DNA of 56,152 nt from a virus (IMGVR_UViG_3300027711_000002:1-56152); one strand, 5' to 3'. Shown: positions 35,296 to 45,572, counted from the stretch's first letter. A program made the numbers and translations. Notes: generated by a model not told the origin, from the letters alone.

Positions 35296-38200
35296 GTGGC
35301 GATCACGGTCCAGAACAGCCTCTCCGGGCCTGATGGCACGCAGCCGACGACGGGCACCATCGCCGCTTCGGGCACGCCAGCCACTGCCTTGAGCAACCCG
35401 GAGTCGCTGCTTTACGACGACACCTATCCCATCAACGGCCTGACGAACATCAACTTCAGGGCGCACTACACCCGAGACGACACAGGCCGTATCAGCTATG
35501 CGCTCCCCAGCGGTGCGTGGGCTGTGCGTTTCTACGTGCGCCCGCTCCCGTTGACCAGCCCGTTCGACATCAACGAGTACCGCCACCTCTTCACGCTGGG
35601 CACTGCCAGCACCGACGAGGTGACCTTGGTGATGCGCGAATCCTCGGGTCGCAACGTGGTGACGAGGTACCAGCTCCCCGACCTGGCGACTCCAGCGGTG
35701 CAGGGTAGTGAGTCCGGCAATGCCGTGCCGTTCGACCAGCTCCTGCGGTACGAGATCATCTACGATGGCTCGGGCAACATCACGAGTCGGGTGTTCGCTG
35801 GCAACACCACCACGAGATTCCGGCAGAACACCTGGGCTCACACCCTCACCAACACGGACCGCTTCACGCTGTCCGGGTACCGCTGGTACAAGTACACGAC
35901 CCTGCGCCTGGGGGACAACGACGCCAACACCGGTGGGCTGGTCACGCCCTACCAGGAGAAGCTGCTCGCCTGGGACCCCGGAATCCTGCCGAACTTCGGG
36001 GCGGATGGTGACTACGGCGGTGAGACTCAGGATGCGACCGTTGCCTTCCAGCAGGCATACGATTTGCTGGTGGACGGCGAGGCCGGTCCCGAGGTGCAGA
36101 GTGCGCTGGACCTGGTAGTCGCACGTAAGAGCAACCCGAACTTCTACCCCATCCCGATCCGCATCGGCGGCTTGGCCGTCTCGGACCAGGGAGCGTACAT
36201 CGGACCTGCAACGGCAGTCACCGGACAGGGTGCGGCTGCTCTGGAGTTCAGCGGTGGCGTGGACGCGGCCAAGAGCAGTGCCGTGCTGCTCAACGCCCCT
36301 GTCGTCTTCGACGCACAGACGGCGGTCCTGCTCGGCCGCAGCGGTTCCGGCACGGGAGCTGTGGTCTTCGAGGGGCAGGAGGAGCACAGCCAGGGGATCG
36401 GAGGGAGCGCTGAGGGCTCGGTCGTCTTCGGCGGCCAGGCTTCCGGTACGAAGGCTGTCTCCGCCATGACTGAAGGGGGTGTGCTCTTCGGGGCGCACGC
36501 CCACGGAGAGGACACGACCGGCGGTGTGGCGGTCGGGGAGTTCACGGTGTCCGGGGCAGTCGCCGGAACGAGCACCCGGAACGACGCTGTGTCGGGCGCT
36601 GTGGCCGTTGCAGGGTCGGCAGCGGGTGTTCGGTCCATGGACGTCTCTGCGGACGGCTCCGTGGCTTTCAGCGGTCTTCTTCAGTGGCAGCGCAGCAGCG
36701 AGGACACCGGCTCCGGCGCGTTCGTTGTCGGCACGGAGGTGGCAGGGCACAAGCGCAGCGACGATGCGGCCTCGGCAGGGGTCGTCTTCAGCGCTGCGGC
36801 GTCGGGTGTGCAGGGAACTGCACACCAGGTGACCGCAACAGCGGTCTTCGATGGTGGCGGCGAGGGTGTGGCCGCACGCACGGGTGCAGCCGAGGGCGTT
36901 GTGGCCTTCGCGGGCGATGGTCTGGGGGCCAAGGACACCTCGGACAGCGGTTCGGCGGCCATCGTGTTCGGTGGCAGTGCCTCCGGCACCTCGGAGAGCA
37001 TCCTGCCGGGCATCGTTCGTACCGGACTGCGCTACCGGCTGATCGCCTACGCTCCCAACGGCTCTCGGTTGGGCCAGCTCCCCATGCCGCTGAGCTGGAA
37101 CGCTGGCATCCCGCTCAACGACCTGCCGTCACTGGCTCTGGAGTACCCCAAGCACGTGCCGGGGGCCACGTACCTGGCCAACCCGTGTGAGGTGGCGCTG
37201 GAGCTGGCTCCGCAGGACGATCCGAACTACATCGAGCCTCCGAACTGCCGCTTCCTGGCCATCCGGGAGCAGGACGACCCCACTGACCGGCTCGGGATCG
37301 TTCGCTACTCGATGCCGCACTACGGCTGGCAGCTCCGCAAGATCCGGAACATGAACACCTCCCAGTTCGATGAGGAGGGGAAGCGTTCCTTCGCTGCGGC
37401 CACGCCTGGCCGCATCCTGAGCACGTTCATCGAGGAGGCCAAGGCCCGAGGCAACGTGCCGGGCCTCACCTACGACTTCACCAACACGCACGACTCGGCC
37501 GGACAGCCGTGGAACATCACGCTGACGCTCAGCTTCGACGCTGGCCAGGACCTGTGGTCCATCGTGGACGCCCTGTGCAGTCAGGGGGTCTTCGACTGGC
37601 GGTTCGACCGCCGTACGTTCCAGGTCTACAACGTGGACACCACGTTGCACGCCGATCGCACCAGTTCGGTGACCCTGCACGCGCAGAGGGACCTGCTCGA
37701 CGCTCCGAACGACTCGTCCTACGAGGCGCTGGCCGGGCGCATCTTCATCATGGGCGACGGAACCCGGGTCACGGTCACCAACAACACCTCCCTCCAGCCC
37801 TGGGGCACGTGGGAGGAGGCCATGAACCAGAGCGGTGTGTCCGACTCGGGCACGCTCATCGCTCTGGCGCAGGCCAGGCTGTCGCAGACGACAGGGCGGC
37901 GTGTGCAGATGACACGCGAGATCGCCTTCCCGACCACGCTGTACCTGCCGCTCATCAACTACTTCCCGGGTGACTTCATCACGGCCCCGGGCAAGGACGG
38001 TACCAACGACGACCTGCGTGTGCGCCAGATCACCCTGACCTCGGACAAGAGTCAGGGTGTCACGGGCAACCTGGTGCTCAACGACCGCTTCATCGAGCGG
38101 GACCTGCGACGTCAGCGCACACTCGACTCGCTGACCACCAGTACTGGCCAGCCCGGCGGCGGTGGTGGCGCTCCCAGCGAGGACACCCGCCTGCCTGCTG

Positions 38201-40446
38201 CACCTGCGGGTCTGGTTCTCAACTCCGAGACGTACATCGACAACCGGGGCGAGGCTGTCGGCCAGATCAGCGCGGGCTGGCTGCCGGTGACCACGGCCAC
38301 AGATGGCACACCGATGGACATCCGGCGCTACGAGGTGTGGGTGCGCCACGCGGTGGCCACTGCCCCGTGGCAGCTCGTGACGGTGGTGGACTCTCCGGAC
38401 ACGCAGGCGTTCCTGTCTCCGTTCGACGTCGAAGAGCTGTACCAGGTGCGTGTGCGCGCTGTTGGGCGCAACGAACGCCGTGGCCCCTTCACGCCTACGC
38501 AGACGATCCTGGTTGACCCGGACCAGGAACCGCCGCCGCCGCCGACCACCCCTGTGCTCTCGACGCGCCTCGGCGTGATCCAGGCGTACTGGGACGGGCT
38601 GGCGGCCGGAAGCCTGCCGATGCCGCTGGACTTCGACCACATCCAGGTGTGGATGAGCGCCGACCCGGTCGAGGACTTCGAGCGGATCGACACGTTGTAC
38701 CGGGAGGGCTCGGCCGTGGTGCCGAACCAGCCCTACAACGAGCTGCGCTACTTCTACTTCGTGGCCGTGGACCGTTCGGGCAACGAGTCCGAGCCCTCGG
38801 GTGTGCAGTCGATCGCCACCGATCAGCTCGTGCCCACGGATGTCTCGCCCGGTTCCATCGGCTACGAGCTGCTGGAGGAGGGTGCGGTCCGTGACGACAT
38901 CCTGGCCGACGATGCGGTGCGCAACCGGCACGTGGCGGCCGGGCAGATCACGGGTGACAAGGTCAGGGCCTACTCTCTGACGGCTGACCGCATCGCTGTC
39001 GGCAACACGAAGAACCTGATCACCGACCCGAACATGCAGGACGCCGATCTCAGCGCCCTGCGTGAGTCCCTGTCCAGTGCACACTCCGGAGGTAGCTGGG
39101 GATCGCACTCGACGCCGACCGGTGAGAACGGGATCAGCCTGTTCTACGACGCCGATGGCACCCACCGCTTCTTCTATGTGCAGAGCGTGGAAGCGGCCTC
39201 ACTGAACGACCTCAACGCGGGCATCCAGATAGACCAGGACCTGGGCCGGGTCATCTTCCGTGCCCAGCTCATCTCTTCTGGCCAGCCTGCGGGTAGTACG
39301 GTGCAGGTGGCGGGGTACGCGCGCTTCCTGGACGTCAACGGCAACCTGCTGGAACAGCCTGCGACGACCGCAACCGTCCAGTTCACCTCCAGCGGGATCG
39401 GTGAGCTGATCTCGTCCAACGGTGCGGCCATCCCGGAAGGCTCGTTCTCCGTCATCGTCTACTTCCGTGTCATCCTGAGCGGAATGGACGGCAGTGGTGG
39501 CTTGCTCAGCATCACCAAGCCCTTCGCGGCTACCACCAACGGCCAGGTCCTGATCGAGGACGGCGCGATCAGCGCCAACAAGATCCAGGCCAACGCGATC
39601 ACCACGGACAAGATCGACGCCGGGGCGATCGTCGCACAGCACATCCAGGCCAACGCGATCACCACGGACAAGCTAGCAGCCGACGCGATCACGGCCAAGC
39701 ACACCATCACCGGTGCCACGATCCAGACCACAGCCACGACCAACCGTGGCGTGAAGATGACCAGCACCGGACTGCGTGCGTACGACCAGAACGGCAACGA
39801 GACCTTCAGCGTCTCGTCGGCCACGGGCAACGTGGTGACCACGGGCACCTACCGCTCAGGCTTGAGCGGGCAGAACCGCATCGTCATCTCGGACACGGCT
39901 ACCTGGGCCTCCAACCCTGGCCTGACCATGTACTCCGGTGCCTCTGGTGCCCGCGACTCCTCGCTGTTCATGAGCACCCCCGGCGACGGTTCCGGCTTCG
40001 GGTCCTACAGCGTGGTGCTCTCGGGTTCCGAGGTCACGCGCAACAGCTCCGGACGTACGGACCTGGTGCTGAACCACGGAAACGGCGGCGGCGCATACCT
40101 GCGCTACCAGTTCGGCAGCTACGGCAACATCGGTGTGCAGTTCGAGACCTGGAACCTGTTCCTTCGAGGGCGTCTGACCGGTGGCCAGGGTTCTCACGAC
40201 TTCGTGATCTGGGGGCAGAGCGGGACTACCGGCTCTGGGACCACGAACTGGGAGTTCCCGTACGGCTCGAACTCCCCCAACGGGGATCGCCTCGCGATTG
40301 CGACTGGCCACGGCAACGGAACTCTGGGGCGGCAGGTCCAGGTCACCGTCACTGTGCAGAACACCGGCAACTTCTTCGCTACCAGTTCGAGTGACGGTAC
40401 GCACCGCGTCCAGTACGTATCCTTCTGGGTAGACCGGAACATCTAA
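35296..40446 (+). CDS. Large multidomain tail/baseplate protein
   Basis: Peptidoglycan-binding motif, Gly/Ala/Val repeats, hub-like region, FN3-like motifs (VRAVGRN, AVDRSGNES), AITTDKI repeats. Confidence 0.85.
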   Translation: MAITVQNSLSGPDGTQPTTGTIAASGTPATALSNPESLLYDDTYPINGLTNINFRAHYTRDDTGRISYALPSGAWAVRFYVRPLPLTSPFDINEYRHLFTLGTASTDEVTLVMRESSGRNVVTRYQLPDLATPAVQGSESGNAVPFDQLLRYEIIYDGSGNITSRVFAGNTTTRFRQNTWAHTLTNTDRFTLSGYRWYKYTTLRLGDNDANTGGLVTPYQEKLLAWDPGILPNFGADGDYGGETQDATVAFQQAYDLLVDGEAGPEVQSALDLVVARKSNPNFYPIPIRIGGLAVSDQGAYIGPATAVTGQGAAALEFSGGVDAAKSSAVLLNAPVVFDAQTAVLLGRSGSGTGAVVFEGQEEHSQGIGGSAEGSVVFGGQASGTKAVSAMTEGGVLFGAHAHGEDTTGGVAVGEFTVSGAVAGTSTRNDAVSGAVAVAGSAAGVRSMDVSADGSVAFSGLLQWQRSSEDTGSGAFVVGTEVAGHKRSDDAASAGVVFSAAASGVQGTAHQVTATAVFDGGGEGVAARTGAAEGVVAFAGDGLGAKDTSDSGSAAIVFGGSASGTSESILPGIVRTGLRYRLIAYAPNGSRLGQLPMPLSWNAGIPLNDLPSLALEYPKHVPGATYLANPCEVALELAPQDDPNYIEPPNCRFLAIREQDDPTDRLGIVRYSMPHYGWQLRKIRNMNTSQFDEEGKRSFAAATPGRILSTFIEEAKARGNVPGLTYDFTNTHDSAGQPWNITLTLSFDAGQDLWSIVDALCSQGVFDWRFDRRTFQVYNVDTTLHADRTSSVTLHAQRDLLDAPNDSSYEALAGRIFIMGDGTRVTVTNNTSLQPWGTWEEAMNQSGVSDSGTLIALAQARLSQTTGRRVQMTREIAFPTTLYLPLINYFPGDFITAPGKDGTNDDLRVRQITLTSDKSQGVTGNLVLNDRFIERDLRRQRTLDSLTTSTGQPGGGGGAPSEDTRLPAAPAGLVLNSETYIDNRGEAVGQISAGWLPVTTATDGTPMDIRRYEVWVRHAVATAPWQLVTVVDSPDTQAFLSPFDVEELYQVRVRAVGRNERRGPFTPTQTILVDPDQEPPPPPTTPVLSTRLGVIQAYWDGLAAGSLPMPLDFDHIQVWMSADPVEDFERIDTLYREGSAVVPNQPYNELRYFYFVAVDRSGNESEPSGVQSIATDQLVPTDVSPGSIGYELLEEGAVRDDILADDAVRNRHVAAGQITGDKVRAYSLTADRIAVGNTKNLITDPNMQDADLSALRESLSSAHSGGSWGSHSTPTGENGISLFYDADGTHRFFYVQSVEAASLNDLNAGIQIDQDLGRVIFRAQLISSGQPAGSTVQVAGYARFLDVNGNLLEQPATTATVQFTSSGIGELISSNGAAIPEGSFSVIVYFRVILSGMDGSGGLLSITKPFAATTNGQVLIEDGAISANKIQANAITTDKIDAGAIVAQHIQANAITTDKLAADAITAKHTITGATIQTTATTNRGVKMTSTGLRAYDQNGNETFSVSSATGNVVTTGTYRSGLSGQNRIVISDTATWASNPGLTMYSGASGARDSSLFMSTPGDGSGFGSYSVVLSGSEVTRNSSGRTDLVLNHGNGGGAYLRYQFGSYGNIGVQFETWNLFLRGRLTGGQGSHDFVIWGQSGTTGSGTTNWEFPYGSNSPNGDRLAIATGHGNGTLGRQVQVTVTVQNTGNFFATSSSDGTHRVQYVSFWVDRNI
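39583..39672 (+). repeat. Exact 30-bp direct repeat, 60-bp period, inside the tail gene
   Basis: ATCCAGGCCAACGCGATCACCACGGACAAG at 39583 and 39643. Confidence 0.9.
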
Positions 40447-40455
40447 GGAGGGGGG

Positions 40456-41127
40456 ATGATGTCCCGCTACACACGAGTGGAGTTCGTAGAGCGGCGTGTG
40501 CAGGGCAGGAACGTACTCGACCGAATCATCATGCGCAACGATGAAGGGAGTGCGTTCACCGAAGACGGACAGCCCCTGCACTGGGTTCGTGAGATCCCTG
40601 TGCAGGCACTGGGGAATCGTACCGAGGTGTTCGGGCTGACCGACAATGCACAGGCGCTGGAATACATCGGACGTGGCCTGCAAGACCCCGAGGCCGATGA
40701 CTTCGCTGCGGTGACCGTGTACCCCGCCTACACGGACTTCGTCCAGGCCGAGTGCAGGGCGGTACTCAACGGAGCGCAGCCACTTCCGCGAGGGCCGCAG
40801 CAGAGGATGCAGCCCAGAACGCTGATGGCCGCCGACAACGCGGTTCCTGCGCTGCCGACTGAGAACTTGGACAAGGCCCGAGCCTTCGCCAAGGAGCGTG
40901 TGCGCCTGTCCACGTCAGAACGTGGGCGCATGATGCTGTCGTCGTTCTCTACGACCGTATCCAGCCCTGCCGCAGCCGCCCTGAACTGCACTGAGGATGT
41001 TCTTCAGCAGATCTTGCTGGCAACTGACAAGGCAGCGGACATCATCGAGGCATTTCGTCTGGACACTGTGTTCAATGCTGCACCGTTCTTCCAGCAGGCG
41101 TTGGTTAATGGTCCGACCACAAGTTAG
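40456..41127 (+). CDS. Hypothetical protein (tail region)
   Basis: AAGGAGG RBS. Confidence 0.75.
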   Translation: MMSRYTRVEFVERRVQGRNVLDRIIMRNDEGSAFTEDGQPLHWVREIPVQALGNRTEVFGLTDNAQALEYIGRGLQDPEADDFAAVTVYPAYTDFVQAECRAVLNGAQPLPRGPQQRMQPRTLMAADNAVPALPTENLDKARAFAKERVRLSTSERGRMMLSSFSTTVSSPAAAALNCTEDVLQQILLATDKAADIIEAFRLDTVFNAAPFFQQALVNGPTTS

Positions 41128-41159
41128 GGTGGGTTCGTACCAATATGCAGGGGGGCGTC

Positions 41160-41339
41160 ATGTATCAGAACACCCAGCCGGGCGTGCAAATTGACGCGAT
41201 GCTGGTGATCGAGCAGTTGCGCGCTCAACTCTCACAGGTCCAGTACGATCTCGCCATCGCGCAGGCCCGTCTGGCTCAGTACCAGACACGGGAGATCCAT
41301 GACCACGCAGAACCCGTCAGCAGCGATGATCGAAGCTAA
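41160..41339 (+). CDS. Small coiled-coil protein
   Basis: VIEQLRAQLSQVQYDLAIAQARL. Confidence 0.6.
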   Translation: MYQNTQPGVQIDAMLVIEQLRAQLSQVQYDLAIAQARLAQYQTREIHDHAEPVSSDDRS

Positions 41340-41679
41340 ACACCTGGCAGATCGGCTCGCCAGTCTGCACAAGGACCTTGCAGAGATGCGCAAGGAAGTG
41401 CGGGAGAGCCTGAACCAGCGGGTGACGCACGCTGAGATCGGGGCTTTCACTCAGCTCATGGATCTGAGAATCGCTAGCGTCGAACGGCTTGTCGCTGAGC
41501 TGGAGAAGGACTTCAAGGAGGCGACTGCCCGCACCGAGGCGGACTACAAGGAACGCACGGCGCGCATCGAGAAGGCGCACAACGAGGACATCGACGGGCG
41601 CAAGAAGCTGATCTACCTGCTGGTCGCAGCAGTCCTGACTGCGGTCGGCACCATCATCGTCCAGGCCATCACGGGGTGA
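41299..41679 (+). CDS. Coiled-coil membrane protein
   Basis: C-terminal TM segment; upstream of the lysin. Confidence 0.75.
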   Translation: MTTQNPSAAMIEAKHLADRLASLHKDLAEMRKEVRESLNQRVTHAEIGAFTQLMDLRIASVERLVAELEKDFKEATARTEADYKERTARIEKAHNEDIDGRKKLIYLLVAAVLTAVGTIIVQAITG

Positions 41680-41681
41680 GC

Positions 41682-41822
41682 ATGAGGAATGAGCAGGAAC
41701 CGGAGGTCGTGGAAAGCACGACCACCGAAGAAGAGGACTGGCTGCCCGAGGCTTCCAAGCAGGTCGTACGGAGGCAGCCGGACTACCAGCGCGTTGACAC
41801 CGTGTGCGACGCCTGCCAGTAA
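41682..41822 (+). CDS. 46-aa acidic peptide ending VCDACQ
   Basis: ATG 41682 to TAA 41822 fills the gap; not in the ORF track. Confidence 0.55.
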   Translation: MRNEQEPEVVESTTTEEEDWLPEASKQVVRRQPDYQRVDTVCDACQ

Positions 41823-41831
41823 GGGAACGAC

Positions 41832-42701
41832 ATGGCTCTTCCGGAGAACTTCGTCAGCCGGGCTGACCTCGGCTGGGGGAACACGGCGGCCTCCTACGCC
41901 AACATCAGCCAGGGGCTGGTGATCCACTACGACAGCGGCAACCTCGGCCTGGCCAGCAAGCCGCACAGTGCGTGTGTGCAGTACTGGCACAACACGCGCG
42001 CCTTCCACCGAGGGCCGCAGCGGGGCTGGGCCGACATCGGCTACAGCTTCTTCAGTTGCCCTCACGACTACATCCTCGAAGGCCGGGGCCTGAACCGGCA
42101 GCAGGCTGCGCAGCCGGGCGGCAACGCCACGCACTACAGCGTGACGCTGGCCACCGGACCGGCGGAGGAGATCCCGGACGCACAGATCAACTCGGTGCGT
42201 CGGCTGCGCAAGTGGCTGATCGAGGACCACGACAACCACCCGCGTGTGCTCGGGCACAGGGACTTCATCTCGACGTCCTGTCCCGGCGACAAGGCATATG
42301 CGCTGGTGACCAATGGAACGTTCGCACAGCCCCCTGGGGCCATCACGGAAGGAGCCGACTTGCTCGGACTCAAGGAAGGCGACGGCATCCCCAACCCCTC
42401 GGAGGGGGTCAAGGCCGTCCAGCGACTCATCGTGGCCGCCGGTTTCGGTGACCTGCTCGGGTCCACCGGTGTGGACGGCCAGTGGGGGCCGGCCACCAGC
42501 GCCGGGCTCCTGGCCGCCCGCCAGTACGTCGGGTCCGGTCTCACCTCCATCCAGACCATGACCGGTGAGTCCTACGCCCAGCTCATCCGGGCGTGTGCTC
42601 GCCGGGAGGCCGAGCGCGCCGTCAAGAACCTGGACATCCCGTCCAGCGGCGGTGAGGGCGGCCTGCCCACGCAGTTCGACGCGACGATCAAGGTGAAGTA
42701 G
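41832..42701 (+). CDS. Endolysin, N-acetylmuramoyl-L-alanine amidase with peptidoglycan-binding domain
   Basis: VIHY, GWADIGY, ILEGRG, GHRDF.STSCPG; VDGQWGPAT. Confidence 0.92.
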   Translation: MALPENFVSRADLGWGNTAASYANISQGLVIHYDSGNLGLASKPHSACVQYWHNTRAFHRGPQRGWADIGYSFFSCPHDYILEGRGLNRQQAAQPGGNATHYSVTLATGPAEEIPDAQINSVRRLRKWLIEDHDNHPRVLGHRDFISTSCPGDKAYALVTNGTFAQPPGAITEGADLLGLKEGDGIPNPSEGVKAVQRLIVAAGFGDLLGSTGVDGQWGPATSAGLLAARQYVGSGLTSIQTMTGESYAQLIRACARREAERAVKNLDIPSSGGEGGLPTQFDATIKVK

Positions 42702-42959
42702 ATGACGAACCCGGTTCCCGAGCCCCGAGACGGGGACAACGCGTACGGCGAGATCGTGGCTCAGAAGGACGCTGCGAACCGAGGATGGCGGACCCTGGGT
42801 CAGGCCATTAGTGCCTCGGTTCTGGCCTTCCTGGGCGCGCTGGGGGCCGATCTGGCGGTCCCTGGCTTCCAGCTCGACTGGGAGTTGGCGGCGGTCGGCG
42901 GTGCCATCGCCGTCCTGACTCCTGTGCTGGCCTGGCTCCAGCGCCGGGTCGGTAAGTAA
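42702..42959 (+). CDS. Holin
   Basis: RGWRTLGQ followed by two TM segments; directly after the lysin. Confidence 0.75.
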   Translation: MTNPVPEPRDGDNAYGEIVAQKDAANRGWRTLGQAISASVLAFLGALGADLAVPGFQLDWELAAVGGAIAVLTPVLAWLQRRVGK

Positions 42960-42966
42960 CCGAACG

Positions 42967-42998
42967 ACGGAAGCCCCCTGCGTGTGCAGGGGGCTTCT
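42967..42998. terminator. Terminator hairpin between the convergent arms
   Basis: GAAGCCCCCTGC/GCAGGGGGCTTC. Confidence 0.8.
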
Positions 42999-43003
42999 TC
43001 GTG

Positions 43004-43219
43004 TTACAGGCCGGTCAGCGCGTGTACCTGCGCCTGACGGCAGGCGGGGCACACGATCTCCTGGTTGCTCATCTTCGTGTTGCTGGGCACCTTCCACCCG
43101 TCAGCTCGGGCCAGCTTGCGCGCAGCGCCCACCTCCCTAGCGAAGGCGTTGTTCTCCGGCTGGTGGTAGACACCGCAGCCCTTGTCGCACCAGAGCACGT
43201 ACATGCGTTGAACCGGCAT
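43004..43219 (-). CDS. Small Zn-finger protein
   Basis: CDKGC...ARADGW...CPAC. Confidence 0.75.
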   Translation of the reverse strand: MPVQRMYVLWCDKGCGVYHQPENNAFAREVGAARKLARADGWKVPSNTKMSNQEIVCPACRQAQVHALTGL

Positions 43220-43350
43220 CAGAACCTCCTGGTCTCCTCGCCCGAGCAGGTCGGGCAGTGCTCCTGCGGGTTGTTCAGTAGGTCACCGCCCCGACAGGGG
43301 CACACCTGTGTGCGCTCGGGCAGTGTCGGCTGGTCATTCTCGTCGGTCAT
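43219..43350 (-). CDS. 43-aa Cys-rich peptide
   Basis: MTDEND...CPCRGG...CPTCSG; overlaps both neighbours. Confidence 0.6.
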   Translation of the reverse strand: MTDENDQPTLPERTQVCPCRGGDLLNNPQEHCPTCSGEETRRF

Positions 43351-45572
43351 GATGTCTCCGCCCATGTCTTACCCCAGTTCGCATCGGTTGCAAATGGGAC
43401 TTCCGGGAAGTGCAGGGCTGCTCGGCCCTTCAGCTTCCGCTCCAACAGCTCAGCCGCTCCCTCGATCTCCTTCTCGGGAGCGTCGATGGTGGTGGCGTCG
43501 TGGACAAGGGCCACGATGTGCCAGTCCCAGCCCTTGTCCTCGATCTCGTCCTGTGCGTCGCAGGCCGCCAGCAGGTTGATGTCCGAGCTGTTCGACTGCG
43601 GCTTGAAGCTCAGCGCTGACCGCTCGACGTTGCCCGCGTTCTTGCGTGTGATGACTTCGTGCTGGAAGTGACGTCCGAAACGGGACACCAGCGGTGTGCC
43701 GTTGTGAACGGAGCGAATGATGTTCTCTCGCCACGGGCCGACCTTGGCCGCGTTGGTGAAGAACATGTCGATGATGCGCTGCGCTTCTTCCAACGAGGAC
43801 CCGATCGCACCCGCGATAGCCCGAGCGCCCCGGCCGAAGTTGAGTCCGTAGATCACACCCTTGAGCTTGGCCCGCAACTCCTTCTTCGTGGCGTCATCGG
43901 CCGTGGTGAAGTCCACGTGCGGGAACACGCCGGGCAGCATCTGCGTGAAGATGTCCACGTCGGGGTTGTGGAACAGTTCCAGCAGGTAGGGGTCACCGGC
44001 CTCGGCCGCGATGACGCGCAGCTCAGCCTGGCTCATGTCCACCTGCACGTGCAGGCGCTCGTGCGTGTACGGCACGAACATCCTGCGCAGGCGCTTCTCC
44101 CGAGGGATGTTCTGGATGTTCGGGTTCTCGCTGGACAGACGGCCGGTCACCGTTCCGTGCAGCTTGTAGGTGGTGAACAGGCGCGGTCGAGGGCCACCGA
44201 GCACAGGGTTCTGCTTCTCCAGCAGGCTCACCACGTAGGTACTGAGCTGCTTGGTAATCCCACGCCACTTGAGGAGGGTAGCCGCGAACTCATCCCCCCG
44301 CTCAGCCCTGGGCAGCATCGTCTTCTCGTCCGTCGAGGCCAGGTCAACACCTGCCTGTGCGTACAGAGCCTTGATCTGCTGCCACGAGCCCGGGTTGAAC
44401 TCGTACTCGACCTCCTTGGCCTCCTTCCAGGTGGTCCTGATCTTCTCTCCGGTCTCCGGGTCCTTCACCGTCTTGGACCGCTGGCGCATGACCTCGCGTG
44501 TGCGCGGGAGCACGCGGTGTGCCATCTCCACCAGGGTCTTGCGGAGCCTGGTGGCGTCGATCTCCAGGACCTCGGCCAGTTCCTCCCGGGTGTACTCCGG
44601 GTCGAAGCCGATGCCGTAGGGCTCCCGCTTCTGGAGCATCCGGGAGGCCCGCATGAGCACGTTCTCGAACACGTTGCGGACATCGCTGTCGGCAGCGACC
44701 AGTGGCTCGAACAGTTCGAGCAGTTCCCACCCGTACTGCACGTCCAGTGCGTTATAGCGGTGCAGTTGCAGAGGGTCACGAGAGGCGAGGTTGGTCTTGT
44801 CCCCTCCCACGTCCCACGGCTCAGCACCCAGGTAACGCACAGCGAGTGCTTCAAGCGCGTGCTCACCGGCGGCCGGTTGCAGAGCGTAGTGTGCGAGCTG
44901 CGTGTCGAAGGCCAGCTCCAGGGAGCGCTCGTCACCGCCCAGGCCGTAGCCCAGGGTCGGCAGGTCGAACTTGCCGTTGTGTGCGACGAGCTGGAAGTTC
45001 CGCAGTGCCGTGATCAGCTCGGGCCAGGGCTGGCCGAGCTGGTCGCGCGGGATGACCAGCGTCCCCTGGAGCGGGTTGTGCAGACCGACGCACAGCAGCT
45101 CTCGCTGGCTGTGGTGCAGCTTCTTGATGTCGCCCTGCGTCTCGATGTCTACGTAGAGCCGCAGGTCATCCGTTGTTTCGAGCAGCGCGGACAACCACGA
45201 CAACGTTTCCGTCCTGGTCGATGAGACCAGATGCCTGCCCGAGGGCAACGCAGCCCTCGTGCCCGACAGAGTCGAGCGTGCAAGGCCAAGCGAGGCCCGC
45301 AAGCATGTGAGAGTATCCGCCCTCGTCGTGATCTGCGCGGATGAAAGCGTTGGGATCACTGGCACTGATGGCGGTATCGCCCCAGAGGACAGGGAATCCA
45401 TCGACCCCATCCGGATAAGGCAGGTGGCCTTCCGGCCAGCTTCCGGGGTCAACGGCCCACACACCAGTGAGACTGGCGGCCTCGGCTCCTTCGTCCACAC
45501 CTGCCTCACTGCGTGCCTCAGCACGTCCTTCGCTGGCGGTGTCAGTGGTTCCGACGACCAGATCACGATCAT
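43347..45572 (-). CDS. polA: DNA polymerase, family A, with 3'-5' exonuclease
   Basis: VDIET, AHNGKFD, TGRLSS.NPNIQNIP, DMSQAELR, LVHDA. Confidence 0.97.
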   Translation of the reverse strand: MIVIWSSEPLTPPAKDVLRHAVRQVWTKEPRPPVSLVCGPLTPEAGRKATCLIRMGSMDSLSSGAIPPSVPVIPTLSSAQITTRADTLTCLRASLGLARSTLSGTRAALPSGRHLVSSTRTETLSWLSALLETTDDLRLYVDIETQGDIKKLHHSQRELLCVGLHNPLQGTLVIPRDQLGQPWPELITALRNFQLVAHNGKFDLPTLGYGLGGDERSLELAFDTQLAHYALQPAAGEHALEALAVRYLGAEPWDVGGDKTNLASRDPLQLHRYNALDVQYGWELLELFEPLVAADSDVRNVFENVLMRASRMLQKREPYGIGFDPEYTREELAEVLEIDATRLRKTLVEMAHRVLPRTREVMRQRSKTVKDPETGEKIRTTWKEAKEVEYEFNPGSWQQIKALYAQAGVDLASTDEKTMLPRAERGDEFAATLLKWRGITKQLSTYVVSLLEKQNPVLGGPRPRLFTTYKLHGTVTGRLSSENPNIQNIPREKRLRRMFVPYTHERLHVQVDMSQAELRVIAAEAGDPYLLELFHNPDVDIFTQMLPGVFPHVDFTTADDATKKELRAKLKGVIYGLNFGRGARAIAGAIGSSLEEAQRIIDMFFTNAAKVGPWRENIIRSVHNGTPLVSRFGRHFQHEVITRKNAGNVERSALSFKPQSNSSDINLLAACDAQDEIEDKGWDWHIVALVHDATTIDAPEKEIEGAAELLERKLKGRAALHFPEVPFATDANWGKTWAETS

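Noticed and set aside
23620-39165. Long antisense ORFs (e.g. 24984-26897, 34861-36825, 37129-39165)
   Set aside because: Shadow ORFs typical of high-GC coding DNA opposite real structural genes.
39583-39672. Diversity-generating retroelement TR/VR pair
   Set aside because: Exact short in-frame protein repeat with no adenine-specific mismatches and no reverse transcriptase gene.
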